From the human T2T-CHM13v2.0 reference genome, Homo sapiens: 64,000 bases of DNA. Below are positions 14,070-33,117 of the stretch, piece after piece. The stretch is from NCBI RefSeq assembly GCF_009914755.1, contig NC_060925.1; one strand, written 5' to 3'. Position numbers and translations under genes: made by a program. The notes beneath the pieces are model-generated. The model was not told the DNA's origin. It saw only the letters and a program-made list of their open reading frames with translations, and searched no databases. Within the stretch, counting starts at the first letter, position 1. The number at the start of each line of letters is the position of its first letter.

Positions 14070-14636
14070 TCACACTTTGGATTTTTTTTTCACTCAGTTT
14101 TGACAGAATTTGAATTATCTGATGGTTTGGCATAAGAAGATTATGAATCAAGCTTATCTGCAATAAAACTTTGCTATGCTTCTGATTTGAGACGAAGATA
14201 CTGTAATGTTTTGTGCTTGGCAGGTTTTTATCTTGCAAGATATATTAAAGCCTCCTAGTACACTGAAGATTCTTGGAAAATTATTGATCCTCTCTGAGAA
14301 AGAAAGAGCTCTCTCCACTCTTAGAAGTTCTGTAAGATCCCACCAAAAAATATCACCTTCTTTGTGAAGCCTCTTACTTTCCTTCCGACCCATTGTCAAG
14401 ATCCCACTAAAATATCAATTCCTCTGGGAAGCCTCCCAAAATGTCCTAGGCTGCTCTCCTTCTGAGGTTTCAAAAGCATTTCCTCGATCACTCTGTCATG
14501 ATTATTTGACTATTATTTTACATCCCCCATCAGATTGTGGATCACCTAAGGCTAGGGCCAGGCTTGCTTCACTGAAGACTGCTCTACGGCCTAGGACAGT
14601 AATCAGAGAAAATGCACTGTAAAATGTGTTAGGTAA

Positions 14637-14994
14637 TCTATTAGTCTGTCGTCATGCTGCTAATAAAAAGACATACCTGAAACTGTGTAATTTATAAAGA
14701 AAAGAGGTTTAATTTACTCACAGTTCCACATGGCTGGGGAGGCCTCACAATCAAGGCAGAAGACAAATGAGGAGCAAAATCACGTCTTACATGGTGGTAA
14801 GCAGGAGAGTTTGTTCAGGGGAACTCCCATATATAAAACCATCAGATCTGGTGAGACTTATTCACTACCATGATAACAGTAGGGGGGAAACCGCCCTTGT
14901 GATTCAATTATTTCCACCTGGCCTTGCCCATGAAACATGGGGATTATTACAATTCAAGGTGAGATTTGGGAGGGGACACAGCCAAACCATACCA
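14637..14994 (-). mobile_element. THE1 (THE1C-like) MaLR solo LTR
   Basis: tattagtc...gctgctaataaa...ggggacacagccaaaccatacca; 5-bp TSD GGTAA at 14632-14636 and 14995-14999. Confidence 0.93.
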
Positions 14995-15297
14995 GGTAAG
15001 GAGTCTAACAATTCCCACAAAAAATTCTATTTAGTTTTAGGAACAAAGCATACCTTTTAAAAAAATTGATGTAAACACAAAATATATCATCAAGGGCAAC
15101 TTACTATATTAAACCTACCTTGACATTGATCTTTTATAGAAATTACTAAGTAATTATATTTCAAAAGGGATTGATATACAGGCCTAACGCTATTTTTGAC
15201 ACTTGATATCTTAAGAGAAATGCCCTATATAATGTGAGACTATTATAATTTTAAAAGTATATTATTTGTTTTTCAATGGGAACAAGCACAGAACTAA

Positions 15298-15938
<641 letters not shown>

Positions 15939-16346
15939 ATTCAAAATGCTCCAACTGTGTCTTCAAAAACTCTTTATATCAATCAAGGCTATGTGATTCC
16001 TATTTATAAGAAAAACGATTTCATTCCTCTGTTTTTAGCCCTTTTCAAAGCCGTCCACACCTCTTCACACATCTCTTTCACTTCATTTCTTTTGTGATCT
16101 TTGGAGTTTCAAAATATGTGTTTTTAGTATCTTGACTGCTACTACTCTGTTCCCTTTCTCTATCTACAAAGCCAATGTTGTTTTATGTATAATCTACATA
16201 TGTGTTTCAAAGAACTCAACTATCAGGCCTCTCTGGATCTTCTCATTCCTCTAGTCTGTGAAAAGTTATATAGTTCTCAAAGTTCAAAACTAAAGTTTCC
16301 TACACCAATTCATTTCACAAAGAGAAAAAATAAGATCAAATGTTAT

Positions 16347-17215
16347 TGTGATATTGTGAAATACATATTTGGTCCTCCACCTAGTTTCCTGAGGCACAGC
16401 TCCTAAAATCTTTGGGCTCCTCAAAATGATAAGGATCTTTTTGTCTGCTGATGTTGTCTGATGGCTGGAGGCTCCCAGATAGCTTCAGGATGGTGGCTGG
16501 TCAATGGAAAGACCACAGCAGGATTAGAGGGTTGGGACTTTCAGCCCCATCCTCCAACCACTGGGAAAGGGAGAGAGGCTGAAGGTTAAGTTGCTCTCCA
16601 ATAACCAGCGACTTAATCAATCATGCTTCTGTAATTAAGCCTCCGCAAAACCCCCCAAAAGGGGTTCTGAGGGCTTTCGGATAGTTGGACATGTGGAGTT
16701 TCCTGGAGATTGGTGCCCAGGGAGGGCATGGAAGCTCCACGCCTCTTCGTGCGTGCCTTGTCCTATACGTCTCTTCATTTATGTCCTTTAGAATAAACCA
16801 GTTAAACGTAAGTAAAGTGTTTCCCTGAGTTCGGTGTGCTGCTCTAGCAAAATTAGTTGACTAATTGTAACTAAAATTGTACAAATTGTACAAATTGTAC
16901 AAAATTGTAACTAAAGGGTCAGGAGCACAGGAGCACAGGTAAGACAACATAGGACTTAATGCTTGGCATCAGAAATGGGGTATCGTCTTGTGGGATTCTG
17001 AGCCCTCCCCTCACCCTATGGGATCTGATGCTATCTCCAGGGAGACAGCGTCAGAACTGAATTGAGTTAAAGGACACCCAGTTGGTGCTCACTGCAGAAC
17101 TGATTGCTTGCTTGGTATGTGGGGAAAAGCCCCACACGTCTGGCGTCAGAGTATAACATTGAGCAACTGAGTGACAGTCGAAGAGGAAGAGCATATTTCA
17201 GTTGTTTTTTTCCTT
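16347..17215 (+). mobile_element. MER21 (MER21B-like) solo LTR
   Basis: Starts tgtgatattgtgaaatacatatttggtc; contains gcttcaggatgg, ggattagagggttgggactttcagcccc and a poly(A) signal aataaacc. Confidence 0.88.
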
Positions 17216-17439
17216 TGTCTTCGGATTCTATATCCCTTTGGTGCATCCGGAGCACCCCTGCTTTGCATAAAATGAAACAAAAAACCTAAGTTGTTTAATT
17301 AACCAAGTAATGCAGATTAGTTATTATTTTAAGGATGAATAAATAATGTTTAATACAGAATGGATTAATTAACAACGGTTAATTTTCTTGCCAATTTCTC
17401 CACAGACTCTTCCAATTTCTCTAAGCAGAATTTGTTGCT

Positions 17440-17752
<313 letters not shown>

Positions 17753-18605
17753 AAATTTTGTTGCTTATTCATTTGCATTAACCACTTTGTGTATGTCTTA
17801 CAACTCCACTCACACCCAGTGCTACACTCACACCCAGCACTAGAGGATGGGAACATGGGCATGTCACTACAAGGTCATCACTCCTCAAGGGCAAGACTTT
17901 ATCATATTATCTCTGCCTCCGCCATGTTCCTACATAGAGTTTTGCACATAACAAGCAATCTATACGTAGTTGTTAGATTGAACTAAATTCTGTAGAGGTA
18001 TGGACTACAGAGAAGATTGCAAATGATACTAATTGTATCTGTATTTTAAAGATGTACATCAGTTTCAGAGTTTTAAAAATATACTGCAATGTGTTAACAC
18101 TGTCCATGGTATCTTTTGGGAATGAGAGAGAAAATGAAATTTTTATCTCATTGAAAGAGTTGTCAAAACAGCCAAGTGTATTAAACTTTACTAAATGCTA
18201 GCATCTTACATGTCAGTAACACGAAGAGGTAACTCGTTCTTCAAGGGCTTATCACTTAGTAAAAAAAAAAGAATGTTTGCTTACATGTATAAAAATACAT
18301 AGCAACATGGGATATCACATGCAAATTCCCAATGGAAGAGAATAGACGATTAGTGCTGCAGGAATTCAGACAAGAGAGAAGACACTGAAGACCGAGAACA
18401 TTGTAGGTGGCCTAATAAGGGATGTGGTGCCTGGCCTGGCCTTAACAGGAAGGGAGGGATTTACAGTAAAGGCTATGCTAGATGGAGAAGGGTATTCTTG
18501 GCAAGAAGGGTGAAGGAATGCTTTGGAATCTTGAATGCACATAGCCCAGTTACAAAAGAAGGAGTAGATGGGAGAAGAGTCTTTTGATGTAAAAATATGA
18601 ATGGA

Positions 18606-19017
<412 letters not shown>

Positions 19018-19348
19018 TTAAGAATCTCCAATGCCAGACAAAGAAACCTGGATTTGATCTTGTAAATGAAAAGCTTCTTAGCACAGCACTGATGTGCATG
19101 AAGAGGTGTCTTAAGAATATTAATATGGTAGTTTAGGGGGAAATCTGGGAACAGAAATACCCTTGGGAGAAAACTAAATCTCTCCACTTAATATATGTGT
19201 TAAAAACCACCCAGAAGAGGAAGTCAGGCACAAGCAGAGAAAATGCTGACTAGCCAGCTATTGAATAAGTAAGTAAATGCATGAGAGAATACTAAATATG
19301 TTATCTGATGGGAGAAGAAAGAGAAAGGAAGGTAGGAGTGATAAATCA

Positions 19349-19698
<350 letters not shown>

Positions 19699-20439
19699 GG
19701 CAAAGAAATAGGATCTTGGCTGCTCAATCTTACAAGACTCTAAAATTTTCTTCTTAAACAACTCCCCATGTCTTTTCCAATTCTTCAGATTTCTTAGTCA
19801 ACCATATTCCTTAGAACTTTTGCACATAGTCCTCTTATCATACTTAAGTATATATTGTATTACATTTGTGCAGAAAGACTTTGTTCAAAATCTTTAGGTT
19901 TGGGTTGATGGAACAATGATGTTTTCAATTATATCTATAAAGTATAAACTGGTTTTGGCTAAAAATATATGAGTCCAGTTTAAGATGTTGACAGTCTGAA
20001 GTAACCACAGGACTTTTAGTAAGAGGTATCTAATTGCAGATAAAGATAAAGAGTGAGTTCGAGACTAAAGATTTGGGAAAGGTGTTCTTTAGAGCCATGA
20101 AAAGAGATGAAATTCCTGAGGGAGAAATAAAAGGGAAGTGAGGGAGGCTGTGAATAATGAATGCTCAGGTTGAAGGAAAGAATGAAGGAGAAAAAAGGAA
20201 AACGAACAACCTTGGTTAGAAAGAAAACTTGACGGTAAAAAGAGAACTAGGTCCATGTAGAAGCCTAGAAACTAAATAAAGAAACGGATTTTAGGAGAAG
20301 CTACTGAGTAATCCAGAAGAATAATGACTGAACAAAAGATCTCTGGGTTTGACATTTAAGAGGTCATTGGTAACCACTGAAAACAGATCCAGTCAAGGAA
20401 GCACCCAAAGTCAGATCAGACTGTTAAGAAGTAAAGCAA

Positions 20440-20748
<309 letters not shown>

Positions 20749-21399
20749 GCAAAAAGTGTGCAGATAGAGAACAGGAGTAGGGTAAAAATAATACATCAAC
20801 TAATTGGTTAACCTAAAAAGAGATAAATCCCAGCAGAGCTAAGGAAAGGGACTTTTTGTTTTTAGATAGAAGGTTTGAGCAGATTTACAAGGTAAAACCC
20901 AATACAGAATCAAATATTAAAGACACAACAAAAAAACCGGTGCATCTGAAAGTGTAGAATTTAAAAGAAGGTGGGGTTCCACAGAACTGAGACATCTGGA
21001 AAGGCCTTGGTCTTGGAGAAGAGGAGCTACAGCTTCTTCTCTGAGATAACACTGAAGAATGAGAGATCCCTGAAGCTACGGTGATGTGCTTGGAGACAGT
21101 GAGAAAGATGTGGCTCTGTGTCACACAGAGTTGGCAAGGCAGAAAGGGGAAGGTACAGATCTCCATGTATGAAAAGCAGTGTGGCCATCAGGAGTGGAAT
21201 CACCTAGAACAGACTCTGTAGGCAAGATAAGGAATGATTAAGGGATGAATTAGAGCCATGAGGTGGGGCATAGACTGTTCAGCCGGTTCCGGCACCTGCT
21301 TCTACCATGGATGAGGCAAATAGGAGTAGAAAGGATGGAGGAAGAAGTCAAAAGCTTCTATTATTTATTCGAGGGAATGCCATGTCAGGGGCACCGATT

Positions 21400-21706
21400 G
21401 TTTTTATTTATTTTATTTTTTTTAAGACGGAGTTTCGCTCTTGTTGCCCAGACTGGAGTGCAATGGCGGGATCTCTGCTCACCACAATCTCCCGCCTCCC
21501 GGGTTCAAGCGATTCCCCTGCCATAGCCTCCCAAGTAGCTGGGATTACAAGCATGGGCCACCATGCCCGGCCAATTTTGTATTTTTAGTGGAGACGGAGT
21601 TTCTCCATGTTGGTAAGGCTGGTCTCAAACTCCCCACCTCAGGTGATCCACCCGCCTCGGCCTCCCAAAGTGCTGGGATTACAGGTGTGAGCCACCGCGC
21701 CCAGCC
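21400..21706 (-). mobile_element. AluSp-like
   Basis: Full dimer; TSD aggggcac(c/t)gatt. Confidence 0.93.
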
Positions 21707-22661
21707 AGGGGCACTGATTACTAGGGGAACTAGCCATTTGCCGAAACCCCCAATTAACTCAGGCGGATTTACAGATTAATGATTTGTTAAAACAAACAAA
21801 CAAACAAACAAACAAACTCCTGGCACAATGTCCTGCTTTTCTCCAACAATGCTCAGAAGACTCAGTGAATGTGAGTGTGACCCAGGATGGAGGATAGCAT
21901 AACAAAAGGTAAAATGATCAGATTCTGTGCCGGGGTACTTGGGGAGTAGTGGGGAAACTGAATAGGACACAATGTAGCATCAGTTGTTTTGCATTAAAAA
22001 TGACAGGTGGAAATAGAACTCTACTAAGTATCTTCAGTAGTCAATTTAGACTCTGATTTTTTGCTTTATAATGACATTTCCTTTTCTATATTCACATTGG
22101 CTACTGAGCTGTTGAGACAGTCTGAAAAGATGTAAATATTTTTGTTACAAGTTGACTAATTCAAAATGTCTTTCATTGAATATTGCTATTACGAATGATC
22201 AAAAGCAAATATTGTGCTGACATATCCAATCAAATGGACATTGTCAAACATCCTCAGCCTACATCCTTTAAAATACACCCTTCGTTATTTAGACAGATTG
22301 CAATTACTGTAGCAAAATCATGAAGACCAGTTAGGATGGAAACTTGGAATTAAAAGGAATAATTTTGAAAAAAGAATCTTTTATGGCCTAAAAGAACTCA
22401 TTTAAAGTTTTCTATCCTGGGCTAAATATCTCTGGATGTTCTTAAATTTGATTTATACTGTTTTATTCTGAAATTGAGCTGGTTTCTCATCTTCCCCATG
22501 CTTTCTGTGGAGCTGATCCAAGCACAGAGTCTACTTGAGTACTGAAATAGCCTCTGCACTTGGATCTTCTCCATGAGGGTTCAAAGTAAGATGAAACACT
22601 GGTTCTTGGGAATGGAATGACTGTGGATCTCAAAGCCCTGACATCTGAAAACAAAAATTGA

Positions 22662-23014
<353 letters not shown>

Positions 23015-23683
23015 TAGTTTACTTTTTTTTTTTTTAGTTTACCTATTTTCTAAATGAACTATTGAATGAGGTACACTTAAAATGTAAGCACAAATAAGAA
23101 TGAAAAACCTCACAGAAATAAGATCTTCTGTTTATTTTCTTTCTTTTTGCCTTCTTAAATGCTGAGGCTGGCTTTCAGTGAGGATATTGAGGACAAAAAT
23201 GTGTTGAATTAATGGAGAAGGGAGGAGGAACCTCAGAAAGTCATAGTTTCTTCAAGAAAGAAGGGATCCTAGAGATTATGCCAACCTTCCTTACAAATTT
23301 TATAGAAAGGGAGTGTAAATTCTGCAAATAAGAGGGTGTATCTAAGATTACACCTAATTTTAGTGAATAGCCCAGGACTATGAAGCCAACATTCTCCATT
23401 GAACCACAGTGTCTCTCATAAATTTCTCTTACTCTACATACTTCATATACTGGATGACCTTCCATAGAGAACACAGATTTTTCTTGTAGCAGTAATATTA
23501 CGATCCTTGGGTATAAGTGATGGTGAGATGATACCAAATTCAGTCCTCTGCCTTCAGTAATCAGCTAAATCAAAGACACTCAACTAAAGGAATTTCTTAT
23601 TGTTTTCTTTGAAAGTCATATCCAGTTTTTAGGGAGCTTTCATTTTCTAAAAAACACATTTCCCTATATAGAAAGACAGTTTT

Positions 23684-23987
23684 GGCTGGGCACGGAGGCT
23701 TGTGCCTGTAATCCCAGTGCTTTGGGAGGCTGAGGTGGGGGGGTCGCTTAAGGCCAGGAGTTTGAGACCAGCCTGGACAACATAGAGTGATGTGGTCTGT
23801 ACAAAAAAATTAAAAAGTAAACAAGTAAAAATTAGCCAGCCATGGTGGTATATGCTACAGTCCTAGCTGCTTGGGAAGCTGAGATGGGAGGACCGCCTGA
23901 GCCCAAGAGTTTGAGATTACAGCGAGCTGTGATCGGGCCACTGCACTCCAGCAGAGCAAGACCCTATCTCTAAAATCGTTTTAAATT
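23684..23987 (+). mobile_element. AluJ
   Basis: Diverged dimer; TSD gaaag(a/g)cagtttt. Confidence 0.9.
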
Positions 23988-23994
23988 GAAAGGC

Positions 23995-24210
23995 AGTTTT
24001 TGCTGGAGCAAGAAAAGCTTTAGGGCAGGTGTCAGGAGATCTGGTCTTGCAGACCTGCTGTCTAGAGGCGAATGCAAGACTCAGCCTTTCTGAACCTCAG
24101 ATTCATTAGGTATAAATGCAGAATGATAATGTCCTTCTAACCGATTTTGGTGCGGGGATGCATCTTAGAAGATGCTGTACTTGAAAGTTTTTGAAACATG
24201 CTGTAAGGTG
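23995..24210 (+). mobile_element. MIR
   Basis: ggtgtcaggagatctgg...ctttctgaacctcagattcatt...gaatgataatg. Confidence 0.6.
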
Positions 24211-24553
24211 ATAAAACATTAAAACATTCTTTCTAATTATTAAGCTCTTCTTCTCTTGTGTAGTGTTCCATAAATATTAAGAGTAGTTGATCACATCTTA
24301 AATATCTGAAGGCTCTTAATCTCATTTTAAGCCTTTCATCCCCTTTCTTTTACATTACTTGCCTGAAGTACCAGGAAAATATCTTTTTAAGAAAGGAATT
24401 CAGTGGTATTTCTGGCAGAAACTCTGTATTGGAAATTGTATATGGCAAACTGATCTCAGCATGCTTTGATCAGGGACATCAGAATTCTATCAGAAATCAC
24501 GAAGACTTTGAAAGAAAACCCAGAATTAAAAGTGAGACAGCTGGTCTTTTCAG

Positions 24554-24618
24554 ACATCGGGTGAAGCTATGCAAAGTCAACGGGTTTTATCGAGAGCGTT
24601 AGCATGAGCAGAAGAAAG
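24554..24618 (+). other. Candidate exon ending in ATG-AGC-AGA-AGA-AAG (MSRRK)
   Basis: gtcttttcag| acceptor, AAG|gtattt donor, four CpGs retained in unique sequence. Confidence 0.25.
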
Positions 24619-25513
24619 GTATTTCCAGCCTTATCATTCTATTGCTTACAAGGGGAAGCTAGTCTGAGTGTGGAAAGCTAAGCTATTCTCTGATTCTCTT
24701 GCATTTGAGCTATGTTCAGTTTTCAAGATCATAGGGCAAATAATACATGCAATTTTTATTGCCATTTCCTCACTCCCTAAGAGTCAAGTTATACAAATTT
24801 CTTTTGATATCCTCACTCATGGTCCCTACATACTCATCAATTGTCAGATGCGTAAAAATCTCAACTCAGCATGAAATATGGATGTTGACACAATATGACA
24901 GGTCTCCACATTTAATTAGGCACAAAATCCCATTAACAATCATAGAGAAGCTCACACACTTTAAACAGTTAACACTTCATGTTTAATGCAGTGTGAGGTC
25001 TTAAGCTTGCCATGGCTTATTTATATAACGAACACTTCTGAGACCAATTGAAATGAAACATACATGGAGAAATATAATGAAATCCTGTGCATGCATGTAT
25101 AAATAATCCAAAGCAGAATTCATATTCCTCAATGGATAACATCTGAACTCTTATCTTTACAGACTTTGGTTATCTTAATTCTCCTCATAAAGTTCCATGG
25201 AAAATACTCCACACTTCTTATGGAGAATGAGAATCTGATTTAGAATACACAGACCAAGAATAAAAAAGTGAAGGTGAAAAGTAAATCCTAGGTATGTATG
25301 AATGAAATCTCTAGTCAAGAGTGAGCAATCAGCTGTGAGTGGTTGAGGGGCTTGTTGGCATTCTGTGACCTCAGCAAAGCCTCTAGCTTCTGGGGTTGCT
25401 TGGATCATCAACTCCGGACTTGGATGCTACCTGCATTAGGGTATTGCCTTCCACTCTGCATCATTCTGTTTTCCTCTTTTATTATTTATTTATTAGTAAA
25501 GACGAGGTCTCTA

Positions 25514-25886
<373 letters not shown>

Positions 25887-26246
25887 TTATTTGGTTGTAA
25901 TAACTGTAGCTTCCAAACCCAGTTGAATTTATCCAAGTAAGCAATGTTTTTTCATAAGTAGGTGTTGACATGAACAAACACATTTTCACAGGCAGAGTAC
26001 CAGCAATTATTAAATCGTTATTTTAAAATTGTGATTTTTACATTGTCACAAAATAAACAGAACTGAGATTAAATTTCACAATTTGCACAATGGTTTTCAT
26101 GTATGCTTAACAGTTTTTATCTCATTCCAATAATTACAACATGTTTTCCTTCTTTGGAATTTCAGTTGGCATTTCTTGTGCCTTTTCCTCTACTTCTCCC
26201 CATTAGTTATGCTAATGTTAAGATTCTATTGTAATTTAAGAATTGT

Positions 26247-26587
<341 letters not shown>

Positions 26588-26599
26588 TTATTTTGTAAT

Positions 26600-26810
26600 A
26601 TTGAAGAATGAAGGGTTGGGGGCAGTTTAAGTCCTGCTTTTATTACTGACTAATTAAATGACCTTGAGGAAGTTATTCTGCCTCCTTGGCTTTGGTTTTG
26701 ACATCTGTAATGCTGGATTGCTGTGAGGGTTGAATATAGTTAATATGCATAAAACATTTAGCACAGGGCCTGGCACAAAGCATAAGGCCAAAAAGCATTA
26801 GCTACGCTTA
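26600..26810 (+). mobile_element. MIR
   Basis: atgaccttgaggaagtta...catctgtaat...gtgagggttgaat...gcacagggcctggcaca. Confidence 0.7.
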
Positions 26811-27579
26811 TTGGCAATGTGGAAATGAATGAGTAGATTTGGTTTCTAAAATTGGTGTAAATAATTCAAATATTTGTAAAAAAGTAAAAATGTTTAGGAC
26901 AAAGTCAGAGCCAAATCAGATACAATGAAAGTATAGCAGTGTTCGGTGTGCCCTCTTGCTGTCTCTGAAGATCAAAATGAAAATTGTGCATTAACTAGTA
27001 TTGAGTGTTCACACTGGGGAATGCTGGTATCGTGCATATTTTGGATGTAGATGATACAGTTAAGAGAAATTTATCAGAGATCAAGAGATAAGTGAAAAAT
27101 GTACCTTCAATAATTTGAGAGTTTAAAAAATTTGTACTGGAAAGATATTTAAAGTATGTTATCCATTAGCCACTCACCCCAGCTATCCTTGGAGAATAGC
27201 ATGATTGCAAACAGATGCAAAAACTGCAGTCAATTCATAATTCCCACAGAGTAGGCAGATTTTAATTGCCAGGATATTTTAGTCACCTTTGATTTAATAG
27301 CCTTTGGCTCTTATTTTCCCTTTTGAATTTATTTTTCTAAGGTATGACAAAAATTAGCTTTCCAACACCTCTTTACAGGTTTTAAGAGTTTCTAGTAGAG
27401 CATATCCTAATAATGTGTACTCAATAAATACTGAAAATAATGAGAGATTGATGTTAGCCATCATTTATTATCAAACTCCATTTCTCTCTGTTATTAGATT
27501 CCAATACCCTCAAGTAGCTTTATAAAGAATATTCACTTACGCCGGGCACAGTGGAACACAGGACACCAGTTAAAAGGGA

Positions 27580-29790
<2,211 letters not shown>

Positions 29791-30721
29791 TTGAAAAGAA
29801 AAAAGCCTGCAAAGCATATATGACATTGAAATTAATTAATTAAATTAATGGAAAAATGAAATTAAATAAATAGAATGGAAAGGGAAATACATGACATAAA
29901 AATGGCAGACGGAGGAAGCTTAGCAAGTTCTGAGTAATAGCTGCACCCTGATAATTAGTGAGCTTCACTGATTTCTATTAATCAGAGGGTAAAAGGAGCA
30001 CCTGAAATGTGGGAAAAGCCTTCCCTGGACGCCCTGTGATTGGTTAGACCAGCAGTTCTCAAACTTGTTGGTGTCAGAATCCATTTTGCCCTTAAAAAAT
30101 TGATAAGAACCTCAGAGAACTTTAGTTTCTGTTGGTTATATCTATCATATTGGGAATGAAAACTGAAAACAATTTTAAATATTTATTTATTTATTTTAAA
30201 ATAATGATAATAAACTCATTACCTGTTTTATGAAAAGAAACTATATTTCCCAAAACAACAAAAATATAAGTAAGAAGAGTAGTATTTTTTCTTTTACCTT
30301 TTGGCAGATCTCTTACATCTGGATTCCCCTCGCTGTCTCTGTATTTAACCTGTTGTGTTGTTATTTTGGTTGAAGTATACAAAGAAAATGTGGCCTCCCA
30401 CATACAGATTATGATTGTCCCTTTCTACGTAATTATTGTGGGTATTCTTTGTTAGTATACCAAAATTTGACATAAAAAAGTTTTTTAAGGGTTAGTTAAA
30501 ATGTGACATTTCAAACTATATTAATGAATTTCTCGAACTCTGTTACATTGAAATTCATTGGTCTACAGTGCACTTGGATCTTTTACTTAAGCATGATTTT
30601 ATAACCTCATACATTGGCTTAATGAATTGTGCAGATGTACAGTATGTTGACACATCTATTGTACAATACATACTTTTTAAAAATCGGTCATTAGTATCAC
30701 CGCCAATCTCATCAAAAAGTC

Positions 30722-31022
30722 TTTTTTTTTTTTTTTTTTTGAGACAGAGTCTTGCTCTGTCACCCAGTGTGGAGGACAATGGAGAAATCTTGGCTCATTG
30801 CAACATTTGCCTCCTGGGTTCAAGAAATTCTCCTGCCTCAGCCTCCCAAGTAGTTGGGATTACAAGCACCCGCCATCAGGTCTGGCTAATTTTTGTATTT
30901 TTAGTAGAGATGGGATTTCGCCATGTTGACCAGGCTGGTCTTGAACTCCTGACCTTAGGTGATCCACCCATCTCGGCCTCCCAAAGTCCTGGGATTACAG
31001 GCCTAAGCCACTGCGCCTGGCC
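30722..31022 (-). mobile_element. AluS within Charlie1a
   Basis: TSD aaaaagtctt. Confidence 0.95.
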
Positions 31023-31386
31023 AAAAAGTCTTTAAGTATTTACAAGCTGACAAATTACTGGTGGCAAATAAATATTTCCAAAATTCTAGTGTTTTCCTAA
31101 AAAGTTAAATTTTTTTATTTGCAAATACTGTCAGTTGCGTTTCTCAAAGTGATAGCTTCATTTTGTTAAATTTTGAGAACATTTCTCCCAAATGCTCATA
31201 TTGGACTAACTGTAGTCTGGCATTTTAATTAAAATGTTCTGTGAAACATGGTGTTCAGTGGTGCCTCGATATGTTCAACTCAAACAATGGCACAGGCGCC
31301 TTTATCTTGAAACAGTCACGGTGTTTCCGTGTGCAGCAGAAGTGCTTTATGCAGTGAGTCACAGGAAGTATCAAAAAGACATCTGA

Positions 31387-31517
31387 GTCCCTGGAGCACG
31401 CCTGTGGTCCCAGCTACTTAAGAGGCTGAAGAGGTGGGAGCATCCCTTGAGTCCAAGAGTTCAAGACCAGCCTAGGCAACACAGTGAGACTTCACCTCAT
31501 TTATTATTATTATTAAA
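31387..31517 (+). mobile_element. FLAM-type Alu monomer
   Basis: Single monomer; TSD agacatct. Confidence 0.8.
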
Positions 31518-33069
31518 AAGAGACATCTACTCAAAGGTTAAAATTTAATATGGTTAAGAATTTTTACCGCTGTATGGAGAACGTTCTTAAGTGAAATTGG
31601 CAATTTTTGTTTCTGCCATTGCCTGACAAAAGAATATGACAACCAGTGCAGTTGGGTGATACTGCCGCCATGGGTGCTCAGGTGCCAGCAGTTGTACCCA
31701 CCCCTGCTTTTGTGCTATCAGGGTTTATGGCAAAATCATGACCTTGAGGACACCCAGAAAACGTCTCAGGTCTCAGGTCAGAAAATGTCTTCTGGGCTAC
31801 ACTGTAAGCTCCTTGAGAGAGTGGATTGATTCTCACTTTTTGTTTCTTTAGGACTGTGTTTAGCACATCATAGGTGGTCAAAAAGTATATGAACTGAACC
31901 AAACTGAATGAAGAGGACAGTTAAGTGAAACAGTTATTTGAGTGGGGAAGACAGTGGGTAAATTAATGGAAAAACAAGGCAAGAGGTGAACCCTCGAGAA
32001 ACAAATTAAAATTTCTTTATTGAATCTGATCTTATTGGGTTTACTATTTTCTTCTAACCCTCTTGCTTCCAATCCTCTTTCCCCTAACTGACACCATAAT
32101 GGCTTACAGAATGAAATAGCATAAAGCCCAGGCTTGTATTCAAGCTTTTCTCATCTAGCTAAAGGCAGTGTCTCTAGCCGTACCTTCTCCTCCCTGATCC
32201 CAAATTAATCATCTGGCTCCTTATAAATATCTGGTGATCCACTCTGCCCACAAGTCACATACTTTCACTATTTCACAGCCGCTCTTTTTTTCTCCTTGCC
32301 TTTAACATCCACCTAAAATGCAAACATTTCCATGATGTAACTCCTGGTGACCCAACCCCTAGTGATATATCCCATTTCTGGCCAACTATTTAAGAAAGTT
32401 TAGGTCACACGACTTAAGAAATAGATAAGCATCAATTGCTTGCTAATTGATTAAGGTGAGATAATCTTATTTTTCTGGATTTCAAGTTCCTAGAGTGTGG
32501 AAATTTTTTTTCAAGGTGAAACTAAGAGGTAAGGAGACAGGTTCTACTTGTGGTTTGTGAACCACTAAGTACTATATAATCTGTCATCATTTATTTTTCT
32601 TGCATACCCCATAGTGTTTAGTATGGCACAGTCTCAGTGGAAGTCTTTAATAAATACTTGTGGATTAATTGAATGCAGAAAGCTAGGGTTATTTGGGAGA
32701 AAGATCACCCACAAGGGAGTTAAAAGACGTGAAGGATTTTGTGTGGTAAGTTTGAACAGAGCGAAGCCAAATAAACTTTGCCGAATTCCAATTTGTCCCA
32801 TTAATTTCCACTACATTTTATTTGCCCAACCTAACAGTCCCAAGCAAAACGTGGAAATCTAATAGGGAATTCAGTTAAAAAGAAGAAGACCTTTTGGTTC
32901 CATAAATAAGCTACTTCATATTACAGAGCTCTTTTAAGAATAATAAAATTAAATATTCCCAGAATCAATCATTTTAATGCCTCGATAAGAGGCTTTCATG
33001 GAAAGAATTATTTGAGACCTTTGCTGAAAACTTAGGGAATTTTGTCATTAGTCACACAAAATAATCCTG

Positions 33070-33072
<3 letters not shown>

Positions 33073-33112
<40 letters not shown>
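33073..33112. repeat. (AC)20 microsatellite
   Basis: Read directly. Confidence 0.97.

Positions 33113-33117
<5 letters not shown>

Larger units (their letters stand above)
30049..31775. mobile_element. Charlie1a-like hAT fossil
   Basis: cagcagttctcaaact TIR-like start; internal gaagtatacaaagaaaatgtggcctc and ggtgccagcagttgtacccac blocks. Confidence 0.8.

Noticed and set aside
30568-31035. 155-aa ORF and the many similar ORFs containing LECSG, PASAS or FHHVGQAG
   Set aside because: Alu-derived reading frames.
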